A stretch of 64,000 bases of DNA from a phage, in NCBI GenBank assembly GCA_020279385.1, contig GCA_020279385.1_4762.2; one strand, 5' to 3'. The notes below the pieces were generated by a model. It saw nothing but the letters and a program-made list of their open reading frames with translations, searched no databases and was not told the DNA's origin. This document shows positions 18,617 to 26,785 of the stretch, in pieces. Positions within the stretch are counted from its first letter, which is position 1. Each line of letters begins with the position of its first letter. Both the position numbers and the translations under genes were made by a program.

Positions 18617-19804
18617 ATGAGCGTATTTAACCGCGAACATGTTGATATTATGAACGAACCGATGTTTCTGGGTAGTGGGTTGGGTATCGCTCGCTATGAT
18701 ATTCAGCGTCATCAAGTATTTGAAGAACTGATCGAAAAGCAATTGTCATTTTTCTGGCGTCCCGAAGAGATTTCACTTGCAACCGACCGCATACAATATC
18801 TTAATATGGGTGACGTTGAAAAGCGTTTCTTTACCGAAAACTTGAAGTATCAGACATTACTTGATTCTATTCAAGGTCGCGCACCGTCCGCAGCATTTGG
18901 TCCAATTGTATCTGATCCAACTCTCGATACATGGTTGCAAACATGGACATTCAGCGAAACGATTCATAGCCGAAGCTATACACACATTATGCGTAACTGT
19001 TTCATTGATCCGGCTAGTGAGTTCGACCAGATCATCGATAACCCTGCTATCATGAAGCGAGCGGAATCTATCGGGAAATATTATGATGATGTTCTTTATT
19101 GGATTCGTAAGTATGAGAATGCAAAAGAAGATCTCCGCTATTGGGAAGAAGAAGTTCTCCACCACTATTGGGAAGAACGAGACGATCAGACAGAATTAGA
19201 TGATGCAAGAAGATTTTTTGAAGATACAAAACGAGATCTGATGGCTTCGATTTATCTGTGTGCACACTGCGTCAATGCACTGGAAGCAATCCGTTTTTAT
19301 GTGTCCTTTGCATGTACTTTCAGCTTTGCCGAACGTGGTTTACTGGAAGGTAACGCGAAGATCATGAAATTTATTGCGCGTGATGAACAACTTCATTTAA
19401 AAGGCACACAATACATTATTCGTCAATGGCAAACGGGGGGTGATGGTGATGAGTGGAAACAGATTGCGGAAGAACTTGAAGGCGAAGCAACGAAAATCTT
19501 TCTGGATGTTGTCGAGCAAGAAAAAGAATGGGTAGACCACCTATTCGCAATGGGGGCAATTCCTAACCTGTCACCGGAAATTCTGAAAACCTATGTAGAA
19601 TACCTGGCAGATTCCCGTATGCGTGCTGTCGGACTGAAAAGCCCGTTTAGTGTTCGTCGTCATCCGTTACCGTGGATGCGTAAGTGGTTAAACTCTGACG
19701 AAGTTCAAAACGCGGCGCAAGAAGTAGAGATTATGTATCTGGTGTCTCAGGTTAATACCGATTTAACAGACGATGACTACAACCGATTCGGTAAATATCT
19801 ATGA
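18617..19804 (+). CDS. nrdB: Ribonucleotide reductase small subunit
   Basis: 395 aa, position after nrdA; continuous frame. Confidence 0.9.
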   Translation: MSVFNREHVDIMNEPMFLGSGLGIARYDIQRHQVFEELIEKQLSFFWRPEEISLATDRIQYLNMGDVEKRFFTENLKYQTLLDSIQGRAPSAAFGPIVSDPTLDTWLQTWTFSETIHSRSYTHIMRNCFIDPASEFDQIIDNPAIMKRAESIGKYYDDVLYWIRKYENAKEDLRYWEEEVLHHYWEERDDQTELDDARRFFEDTKRDLMASIYLCAHCVNALEAIRFYVSFACTFSFAERGLLEGNAKIMKFIARDEQLHLKGTQYIIRQWQTGGDGDEWKQIAEELEGEATKIFLDVVEQEKEWVDHLFAMGAIPNLSPEILKTYVEYLADSRMRAVGLKSPFSVRRHPLPWMRKWLNSDEVQNAAQEVEIMYLVSQVNTDLTDDDYNRFGKYL

Positions 19805-20277
19805 TATATTTTGTCGATTTAGATTTTACGATCACAGATCCAACACATCGACTAGCAAAGATGCCAACCGAAAATCTTGATAAAGTCGAGTCATGGATCG
19901 AATATAACAAGGCATGTGGGGGAGATTCCCCCATTTACGATGTAATTCGTGTTATTAATGCTCTTTCCGACAACGGGCATTTGATTTACATCCTCACCGG
20001 ACGAAGTTCACATGCTTACATGGAAACAATTGATTGGTTAATTTCTAACGGGGTGTGTTTTGATAAAATCTTTATGAGAGGCCGTACCGATTCCCGTAAA
20101 GATTATCACATCAAATTAGAGGTAATTAAATCCTTTGATAAAGATGAAGTTGTCGGAGTCTTTGAGGATAACCCAGAAGTGATTAAAGTTTTGCGTGAAA
20201 ATGGTTATCGTGTCTTTGACGTAGGAAATCACAAAGATAAGACGCGAGCGGATATTGCAAATCACGGTCATGATTAA
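19801..20277 (+). CDS. HAD-superfamily phosphatase-like protein (putative nucleotidase)
   Basis: N-terminal VDLDFTIT (DxDxT-like), LTGRS, FEDNP. Confidence 0.5.
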   Translation: MIYFVDLDFTITDPTHRLAKMPTENLDKVESWIEYNKACGGDSPIYDVIRVINALSDNGHLIYILTGRSSHAYMETIDWLISNGVCFDKIFMRGRTDSRKDYHIKLEVIKSFDKDEVVGVFEDNPEVIKVLRENGYRVFDVGNHKDKTRADIANHGHD

Positions 20278-20286
20278 TGTTTGTTC

Positions 20287-20314
20287 AAAGTCGCCCATAG
20301 TGGCGACTTTTTTG
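20287..20314 (+). terminator. Rho-independent terminator
   Basis: AGTCGCCCATAGTGGCGACT hairpin followed by TTTTTTG. Confidence 0.7.
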
Positions 20315-20324
20315 TTATTGGGTG

Positions 20325-20353
20325 TTGATAATCGGATCTTGCCATAGCATAAT
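20325..20353 (+). promoter_or_regulatory. Sigma70-like early promoter
   Basis: TTGATA - 17 nt - CATAAT, then CGCACATCGAAACGGAGGAACAT ATG leader. Confidence 0.45.
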
Positions 20354-20377
20354 ACGCACATCGAAACGGAGGAACAT

Positions 20378-20596
20378 ATGGAAACAGAAGAACAAGTCAT
20401 TGCATATTTTCATCGTAAAAAGATGAAACTTAGAATCGAAAAACAGTACATCAATCACTATATTGACCGAGTCCACTTAACAAGTACACCTTACCTATTC
20501 CGGTTGATAAACCCTCGAAAACGGTGGGATAAGTTGGATAGAAACACAAAAATAATTGATAAGCTCACTCAATGGTGGAATGAATACAACAAGTAA
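20378..20596 (+). CDS. Hypothetical protein (72 aa)
   Basis: ORF immediately after promoter/leader. Confidence 0.45.
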   Translation: METEEQVIAYFHRKKMKLRIEKQYINHYIDRVHLTSTPYLFRLINPRKRWDKLDRNTKIIDKLTQWWNEYNK

Positions 20597-20602
20597 AAAG
20601 TA

Positions 20603-20631
20603 GTTGACACTGAATAACGGGGGTAGTAATA
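20603..20631 (+). promoter_or_regulatory. PeSL-type early promoter (copy 1 of near-identical pair)
   Basis: TTGACA - 17 nt - TAATAT embedded in GGGGGTAGTAATATACCCCC stem-loop, then CATCGAAACGAAAC leader. Confidence 0.55.
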
Positions 20632-20665
20632 TACCCCCATCGAAACGAAACAAAGGAGAATCAAA

Positions 20666-20884
20666 ATGAAATTTACTTGCACCGACTCTATCAGCAAACA
20701 CTTTGTAGTAGGAGAAGTATACGAATCTACTACCATTCGCCAGCGTGACCTGATGGGTCGCCTTTACAATCAGCCAGTATTCATTATTGGTGAAGAATTG
20801 TTCTACATTGAAAACCGTCCGTGGGTTGCTTTCAATAAACGAGGACGCAAGGTAGCAAAATTCGAACTTGTCATTAAAAAGTAG
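20666..20884 (+). CDS. Hypothetical protein (72 aa), PeSL-flanked cassette
   Basis: ORF bracketed by two near-identical PeSL repeats. Confidence 0.5.
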   Translation: MKFTCTDSISKHFVVGEVYESTTIRQRDLMGRLYNQPVFIIGEELFYIENRPWVAFNKRGRKVAKFELVIKK

Positions 20885-20913
20885 TTGACAGCATGAAACG
20901 GGGGTAGTAATAT
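20885..20913 (+). promoter_or_regulatory. PeSL-type early promoter (copy 2)
   Basis: TTGACA - 17 nt - TAATAT in GGGGGTAGTAATATACCCCC stem-loop. Confidence 0.55.
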
Positions 20914-20954
20914 ACCCCCATCGAAACGAAACTAACTTACTAAGGAGTATCAAG

Positions 20955-21353
20955 ATGATTAAATTTCAAACTCGCAAAGACGTTCTGGACTTCGTTAAAG
21001 TTTTCGGTTACGCTGCATTGCAACATGCAATGGACAAAATGACCATCTCCCCAGATCAGACTATGCTGATCCGTATGGTTAAAGCAACCGCCTACAAAAA
21101 CGACATTACCCTCTCAGAAATCAACGACGGTAATAATGTCCGCGAGGTAATTGTTTCTTTCGAATCACCGAAAATTGGCGGTTTTCATACCACGATGTTA
21201 GGTGAAATCACTGTCACTGTATACGGGCAAGGTGGCGGAGTGTTTACCGTCAAAGAAGCAATGGAAAACGGAACACTGAACAAAGAAAAACTGGAATTTG
21301 TCCTGAAAATCATCAAGGAGCGTAACGAAGCTCGCGATATTCTGGAAAGTTAA
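20955..21353 (+). CDS. Hypothetical protein (132 aa)
   Basis: ORF with AGGAG RBS. Confidence 0.5.
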   Translation: MIKFQTRKDVLDFVKVFGYAALQHAMDKMTISPDQTMLIRMVKATAYKNDITLSEINDGNNVREVIVSFESPKIGGFHTTMLGEITVTVYGQGGGVFTVKEAMENGTLNKEKLEFVLKIIKERNEARDILES

Positions 21354-21358
21354 TAAGG

Positions 21359-21385
21359 TGGGCGGGAGAAATCCCGCCTTTGTTG
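21359..21385 (+). terminator. Stem-loop / weak terminator
   Basis: GGCGGGAGAAATCCCGCC hairpin followed by TTTGTTGTG. Confidence 0.5.
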
Positions 21386-21403
21386 TGACGTGAGGAAAGG
21401 ATA

Positions 21404-21865
21404 ATGATTAATGAGCTAATAGAAAACTATGGATTCGTTAAATATTCATGTTTAGAGTGTAAAGATGGTGATGTGATTCTACCGCCTCAGAAGAACCGTT
21501 TAAATGTTCTTTACGCTATTGTGGTTGATGATGAACTGGTATATATTGGTCAGACTGTTAATCTCAGAAAGCGGATCAATTATTACCGGACTAGCATTAA
21601 CAGACAGACACCAACGGCGGATACTCGCAAGAGTAAGAATATTCATAAGGCGCTAGAGGAAGGGAAGACAGTAACATTCTATTACCGCCAGTGCTTTGAG
21701 TTATATATTGAGAATCCAACGGGTAAAGATATTATAAGCACTGCCGATATCGAAGAACCTGTTTTGATCACCAAATTTAAACCAGAATGGAACACAAATT
21801 ATGTCAACAAAAGAAAACAACAAAAAAGTTTTAGCATTGTTCAAAAATCTGATGGCACTATGTGA
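21404..21865 (+). CDS. denA: Endonuclease II (GIY-YIG family)
   Basis: YAIVVDDELVYIGQTVNLRKRINYYRTSINR matches T4 DenA as recalled (YAIAINDELVYIGKTKNLRKRINYYRTAINR). Confidence 0.85.
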   Translation: MINELIENYGFVKYSCLECKDGDVILPPQKNRLNVLYAIVVDDELVYIGQTVNLRKRINYYRTSINRQTPTADTRKSKNIHKALEEGKTVTFYYRQCFELYIENPTGKDIISTADIEEPVLITKFKPEWNTNYVNKRKQQKSFSIVQKSDGTM

Positions 21866-22970
21866 CGGATCTGATACGTTCTATTACAAAGATGAAATTA
21901 CGGCGATGCAAACCCGTATGCGCATTTTTAGCTATCTGTACTTGAGCAAACCGGAAATGTGGAATAAACCAGATGCGTTAGAGTGTCGCGGGATCATGTT
22001 TGAAATTGACGATAAAGGTCGTCCGGTCCGCATCGCATCTCGTCCTATGGAGAAGTTTTTTAATTTGGGCGAGAATGATCGCGCTCGCTTTAAGCCGGAA
22101 GATGTGGAAATGGTCATGGACAAAATGGACGGTAGTCTAGTAAGCACATACATTGATAACGGCTATGTTCAGTTGAAGTCTAAAGCGGCCTTGTACTCAA
22201 GCCAGGCAGAGAGAGCAAACGGTCTTCTGTATTCAGAGAAGTATGCGGATCTACGCGCTAAGATTGCTGATATTGGGTCTGATTATACTTTCAACTTTGA
22301 ATATACAGCACCCAGCAACCGAATTGTTGTAGAATATTCTGAACCGTCGCTAACACTTCTGAATGTACGCCATAACGTCACAGGAGAGTACGTACCGCAT
22401 CAAATGCTATTTGCTGACGCAATCCTACGTCCTCATCTGGTAAATGCGTTACAGGTTGATTCAGCGCGTTTTAGCAATATTCTTGATGAAGTTAGGATCG
22501 CAGAAGGTATCGAAGGAATTGTTGCCCGCACTAAAGACGGTCAAATGTTCAAAGTGAAGAGTGAATGGTATATTGGTGTGCACAACATTAAAAACACATC
22601 GATGTTTCCTAATAACCTGATCTACTATGTCGTAGAAAGCGAAACCGATGATTTGCGTGCTGCATATGAAGGCGAACCGGAAGCAATGGAACGAATCGAG
22701 CTATTCGAGGAAGCATTCAGGTCTATTCTTCGCAATGCCTTCACGACAGCAACAGAATTTTATAACGCACACGCGGGAGAAGACAGAAAGACATATGCAT
22801 CAAATGCGACTATCGAATCACGTAAACACGGTGATGCACAAGCATATATTTTCATGTGTCTGATGATTGCATTTGATGGTCTTGATTATGACCGTATTAT
22901 GGATTCAATGAAAACTTACTATCTACGGAATTATAAGAAACTTATTCCGGCTGATAAGATTGATTGGTAA
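21801..22970 (+). CDS. rnlA: RNA ligase 1
   Basis: PDALECRGIMFEIDDKGRPVRIASRPMEKFFNL, FEYTAPSNRIV, NYKKLIP match T4 RnlA (gene 63) as recalled; start may lie later (long overlap with denA). Confidence 0.9.
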   Translation: MSTKENNKKVLALFKNLMALCDGSDTFYYKDEITAMQTRMRIFSYLYLSKPEMWNKPDALECRGIMFEIDDKGRPVRIASRPMEKFFNLGENDRARFKPEDVEMVMDKMDGSLVSTYIDNGYVQLKSKAALYSSQAERANGLLYSEKYADLRAKIADIGSDYTFNFEYTAPSNRIVVEYSEPSLTLLNVRHNVTGEYVPHQMLFADAILRPHLVNALQVDSARFSNILDEVRIAEGIEGIVARTKDGQMFKVKSEWYIGVHNIKNTSMFPNNLIYYVVESETDDLRAAYEGEPEAMERIELFEEAFRSILRNAFTTATEFYNAHAGEDRKTYASNATIESRKHGDAQAYIFMCLMIAFDGLDYDRIMDSMKTYYLRNYKKLIPADKIDW

Positions 22971-22974
22971 TAAT

Positions 22975-23000
22975 AAGCGGGGCTAGTTCCCCGCCTTTTG
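22975..23000 (+). terminator. Stem-loop after rnlA
   Basis: GCGGGGCTAGTTCCCCGCC hairpin followed by TTTTGTCG. Confidence 0.4.
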
Positions 23001-23014
23001 TCGTTGGGGGTAAT

Positions 23015-23338
23015 ATGTCAAAGCTGATATACATTGTTATCATATCTGTATTGCTGGGGGTGGGTGGCAATATGTGGTGGGAAAATAAAAAAGAGGTAGA
23101 TCGACTGAATCAGGAATTTACAGAATATAAGAAAAAGACAGATGAAAAGATGAAGGTCGTAGACTCACTACAAAAGGAGATGTACGGAATAAGAACTAAG
23201 TTTGCAGAAGAACAAAACAAAGCAATGAAAGACGCTACACGAGGCTATGTAGTAGCACAAAAACCCAAGTTGGTAGAGAAACAGCTTAATGATTCATTTA
23301 AGGAGTTTACCGAAGAATTAAAGGAGGCGACTAAATGA
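23015..23338 (+). CDS. Putative i-spanin (Rz-like; PseT.3-like)
   Basis: N-terminal TM helix LIYIVIISVLLGVGG then charged coiled-coil-like region; sits just upstream of pseT; start set at ATG 23015 after GGGGG RBS. Confidence 0.45.
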   Translation: MSKLIYIVIISVLLGVGGNMWWENKKEVDRLNQEFTEYKKKTDEKMKVVDSLQKEMYGIRTKFAEEQNKAMKDATRGYVVAQKPKLVEKQLNDSFKEFTEELKEATK

Positions 23339-23787
23339 GCATAGAAATATTGTCTACGCAAGAGCAGATAAACAATTTTAATCTTGTTGATTATCTGGGG
23401 ATAGGTGCAAGCATTATTATCCTGATGGTGTTTTCAATTTTCGTGATACACTGGATGTTTAAGAAAGCACATAAGAATTTTCAGACCGCCATAATCCATG
23501 TCTTCGCTGTGCCTATTGTATTTGCGCTTTCTTCGTGTACAATGGACCATTATTCACAGGAACCGAAATTACATCCTCCACTACCAGCACCAATAGAAAA
23601 AGTTGACATTGACCTGAAAGTGGATACAATAGACGGTAAACCTAGAGTTTCTATGTCGTGGGAGGACTCCCAAAAATTCAGAGTCTGGCTTGCGGATATT
23701 AAGAGATATACACTTGAAAGTAAGTTGATCATGTGTTATTATCGAAAAGAACTTAATGAGGAACGGTGCAAACCGAAGGAGAAATAA
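23335..23787 (+). CDS. Putative o-spanin lipoprotein (Rz1-like; PseT.2-like); alternative start near 23455
   Basis: Lipobox-like FALSSC after a hydrophobic stretch, then proline-rich PKLHPPLPAP; internal Met (MFKKAHKNF...) gives a canonical lipoprotein signal peptide. Confidence 0.4.
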   Translation: MSIEILSTQEQINNFNLVDYLGIGASIIILMVFSIFVIHWMFKKAHKNFQTAIIHVFAVPIVFALSSCTMDHYSQEPKLHPPLPAPIEKVDIDLKVDTIDGKPRVSMSWEDSQKFRVWLADIKRYTLESKLIMCYYRKELNEERCKPKEK

Positions 23788-24665
23788 TGCCGAAATGTGA
23801 AGTGATTTTAACCGTTGGTTGTTCTGGGTCCGGTAAAACTACATGGGCTATGGAAACATGTAAAAGGTTTAGTAATTATCGTAATGTGAATCGTGATGAC
23901 CTTCGTCTTATGTTGTTTGGTGTTGACTCACTTTTGAAATACAAATATACTAAGGAAAAGGAAAAGCTGGTAGAGTCTATTCAGAGAATGATTGCTCGCG
24001 AGACTCTATCACGCGGATTGAGTATCATTATCTCTGATACCAACCTGAAAGAAAAACATCGTGTATTCTACAAAGAACTTGCAAAAGAATTTAACGCGGT
24101 GTATACTGAACAAGTGTTCAATGAACCGTTTGAGACACTAAAGAAACGTAATTTCTATCGCGGCGAGAAAGCAATTCCACTTTCTCATTTGCGTAACCAA
24201 TTTTATCTGATGCAGGAATATATGGGTCAAGAAGTATACAAACCGAATACTATGCTGCCAAAGGCAGTGATCTTTGATATTGATGGAACATTAGCGGATA
24301 AGGGCGGTCGTCATCCGTTTGACTGGACAAAGGTCAAAGAAGATAAACCACGTCAGCAAGTGGTCGAAATGCTTAAACTGTATCGTGATAATGGTTATCG
24401 TATCATTACATGCTCAGGGCGTGAGGATGTTTGCGAAGAAGATACTCTGCAATGGTTGCGTGAACAGGGTATTGAACCTAGTGATCACTTTCAACGTGAA
24501 ACTAATGATCGTCGTCCTGATCATGAAGTGAAGAAAGAGATCTTCTTCTCTGAAATTGCACCGCGTTATCATGTTGTTTTGGCGGTAGATGACCGTGATC
24601 AAGTGGTTGACATGTACCGCGCAATTGGTGTAGAATGTTTTCAGGTTAACTACGGAGACTTTTAA
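23787..24665 (+). CDS. pseT: Polynucleotide kinase / 3'-phosphatase
   Basis: Walker A GCSGSGKTTW, HAD-like VIFDIDGTLA, C-terminal AIGVECFQVNYGDF match T4 Pnk as recalled. Confidence 0.9.
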   Translation: MPKCEVILTVGCSGSGKTTWAMETCKRFSNYRNVNRDDLRLMLFGVDSLLKYKYTKEKEKLVESIQRMIARETLSRGLSIIISDTNLKEKHRVFYKELAKEFNAVYTEQVFNEPFETLKKRNFYRGEKAIPLSHLRNQFYLMQEYMGQEVYKPNTMLPKAVIFDIDGTLADKGGRHPFDWTKVKEDKPRQQVVEMLKLYRDNGYRIITCSGREDVCEEDTLQWLREQGIEPSDHFQRETNDRRPDHEVKKEIFFSEIAPRYHVVLAVDDRDQVVDMYRAIGVECFQVNYGDF

Positions 24666-24868
24666 TGTTTACCGATAAACTCAAGCAATTAGGCGAAGCA
24701 CTTGCTAAACGTGGTTTTAATGTTGAAATTGAACCCGCACCAGTTAACCCGTTTAGCGATGAGCGTCGTAGTGTATATGTCATTATGAGCAATGGTCATG
24801 GCGTGAATACATTCAATGTAAAACAGTATAGCGACGGATCAGTAGAATACTTTCGCGTATACGGTTAA
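24665..24868 (+). CDS. Hypothetical protein (67 aa)
   Basis: ORF coupled to pseT stop. Confidence 0.45.
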   Translation: MFTDKLKQLGEALAKRGFNVEIEPAPVNPFSDERRSVYVIMSNGHGVNTFNVKQYSDGSVEYFRVYG

Positions 24869-24889
24869 TTAATATGTGAGGATTATATT

Positions 24890-25396
24890 ATGTTGTCACA
24901 AACTTACATGCAGATCGCCTATCTGATCGCAAAGAACTCTAAATGTGTTTCGTGGAAGGTAGGCGCACTGATCGAAAAAGACGGGCGAATCATTTCTACT
25001 GGATTTAACGGAACTCCAGCAGGGCAAGTAAATTGTAGCTGTCATGCACATAAAAACGGTTGGCTGGATGATGACGGCAAAATGATCCCAGAAAAACGAC
25101 CAGAGCATAGTGCATGGTCACAGAAAAACGAGATCCATGCTGAATTAAATGCTATTTTGTTTGCTGCCCGTAGCGGTGTATCGATTGAAGGCGCTAGTAT
25201 GTGGTGTACTGCTTCACCGTGTCCAGATTGCGCTAAAGCAATTGCAAACAGTGGTATTAAACATCTATACTATTGCGATACATACGACCGAAATGGTGGG
25301 CGTGATTGGGCTGATATTTTGGATAAAGCCGACATTACGGTTACGCGTATTCCAAAAGCATTATTGACTGATTTGAAGGGTATTGATAATGACTGA
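24890..25396 (+). CDS. cd: dCMP deaminase
   Basis: Cytidine/dCMP deaminase zinc motifs HAELNAI and PCPDC. Confidence 0.85.
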   Translation: MLSQTYMQIAYLIAKNSKCVSWKVGALIEKDGRIISTGFNGTPAGQVNCSCHAHKNGWLDDDGKMIPEKRPEHSAWSQKNEIHAELNAILFAARSGVSIEGASMWCTASPCPDCAKAIANSGIKHLYYCDTYDRNGGRDWADILDKADITVTRIPKALLTDLKGIDND

Positions 25397-25703
25397 ACAA
25401 ATTGATAATATCGCACTTCGTGAAGCACTAAAGAAAATGCTTGCTGTAGGTACTCACTCTTTACAGTTTACTAAGAAAGATGGTACTGTCCGTGAGATGT
25501 TCGCCACGCGAGATCCGGCACTGATGCCGTTTGAAACATACGAAAAGTGGTTAGTTCCTAATGTTGAAAAACCGCGTAAAGAATCAGAAACATCTTTGCC
25601 AGTATATGAAATTGCAGTTGAAGGTTTCCGTAGTTTTGGGCTTGATAGTCTGATTAATGTAGACGGGCTGACTCCAGCGCAGATCGTCGAAATTTATAAA
25701 TAA
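25383..25703 (+). CDS. Hypothetical protein (106 aa)
   Basis: ORF between cd and 31. Confidence 0.5.
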   Translation: MIMTEQIDNIALREALKKMLAVGTHSLQFTKKDGTVREMFATRDPALMPFETYEKWLVPNVEKPRKESETSLPVYEIAVEGFRSFGLDSLINVDGLTPAQIVEIYK

Positions 25704-25745
25704 TTCATCATTAAACTGTATTGATTTGAAGAGGTAATAAAAATT

Positions 25746-26069
25746 ATGACCGTTAAAACTCCTAAAGCACTTGGTGATTATGTAATTATCGAAGCTAAAG
25801 CAGAAAGCGCAGGGACCGAAGTAAAAAGCTCTATGGGGATCATTATTGAGCAAAAGCGCACTATGGGTGAGATTCCGCTGGTAGGTAAGATTATTGATAT
25901 TGGTGAAACGGTAGATAAAGAATTGCTGGGTAAAACTGTTCTACTGCCACACGGAAAGATGAATAAAGTTCCTCATCCAGACGTTATTAACGGCGTTAAG
26001 AAGGAAGAAGAGATCGACCTGAAATGGACTGTAACACACAAACAGAATATTGTGGTAGTTTACGGTTAA
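25746..26069 (+). CDS. 31: gp31 co-chaperonin (GroES-like)
   Basis: 107 aa; GDYVII...KVPHPDV resembles T4 gp31 as recalled (GEYVIL...NVPHPFV). Confidence 0.8.
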   Translation: MTVKTPKALGDYVIIEAKAESAGTEVKSSMGIIIEQKRTMGEIPLVGKIIDIGETVDKELLGKTVLLPHGKMNKVPHPDVINGVKKEEEIDLKWTVTHKQNIVVVYG

Positions 26070-26078
26070 TGATTTTAA

Positions 26079-26108
26079 ACGGCGGGATTATTTCCCGCCT
26101 ATATTTTG
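26079..26108 (+). terminator. Stem-loop / terminator after gene 31
   Basis: GGCGGGATTATTTCCCGCC hairpin followed by TATATTTT. Confidence 0.55.
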
Positions 26109-26151
26109 GCTATATGATTTTGTAAGTTATTGATTATTAAGGAATTTTATT

Positions 26152-26316
26152 ATGAAAACTATGAATGTAAACATCCACGAAATCCATACCGAAGTATTCA
26201 CCGAAGAAGACCAGTTTGGTGTATGGGTAAATCCTCATTCGATTACTATCGATATTCCTAATGACGATTATGATCCGTTCTCTCTGATTAGCGAGATTAG
26301 TTTCAATGACTTCTGA
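26152..26316 (+). CDS. Hypothetical small protein (54 aa)
   Basis: Short ORF with upstream AAGGAA; overlaps next gene start. Confidence 0.3.
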   Translation: MKTMNVNIHEIHTEVFTEEDQFGVWVNPHSITIDIPNDDYDPFSLISEISFNDF

Positions 26317-26785
26317 AATTGATATCTATGCGGGTGGACCTTATCCATCTGGTGAATTGAGTAATTTCAATAAAAGACCATTCCGTCTATTTGGTTGCGA
26401 TATTAACAGCACAGAAGGATTTTTACAGGGGCTAAGATTTAAGAACCCTCAGAGACAAAGAGAAATCTTTTTGATGCACGGTGGCAAAGCAAAAAGAACC
26501 GGAAGAACTGAAAAGATTGAGAATCACATGTTATATTTTCAGGGTCGCCCGATTCATCGAATGAGTGAGCATTATTACAGACTGGTACATCTGGCATTTG
26601 TTACGATGGCACGGAATAACCCAGAATTTTGTAAAGCATTACTCGCTACCGGAAATAAGAAATTACGTCATAGCATAGGTGGAACTGATCCGTTAAAGAC
26701 TATATTGACTGAATCGGAATTTTGTAGTATCCTCAATGATATTCGTGAACGTTTAACAAAACGAGGTGAAAATGTCAATTCTTAA
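26306..26785 (+). CDS. Hypothetical protein, possibly NADAR/YbiA-like
   Basis: 159 aa; N-terminal IYAGGPYPSGELSNF...FLQGLRF loosely resembles the NADAR (DUF1768) N-terminal block; weak assignment. Confidence 0.3.
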   Translation: MTSEIDIYAGGPYPSGELSNFNKRPFRLFGCDINSTEGFLQGLRFKNPQRQREIFLMHGGKAKRTGRTEKIENHMLYFQGRPIHRMSEHYYRLVHLAFVTMARNNPEFCKALLATGNKKLRHSIGGTDPLKTILTESEFCSILNDIRERLTKRGENVNS

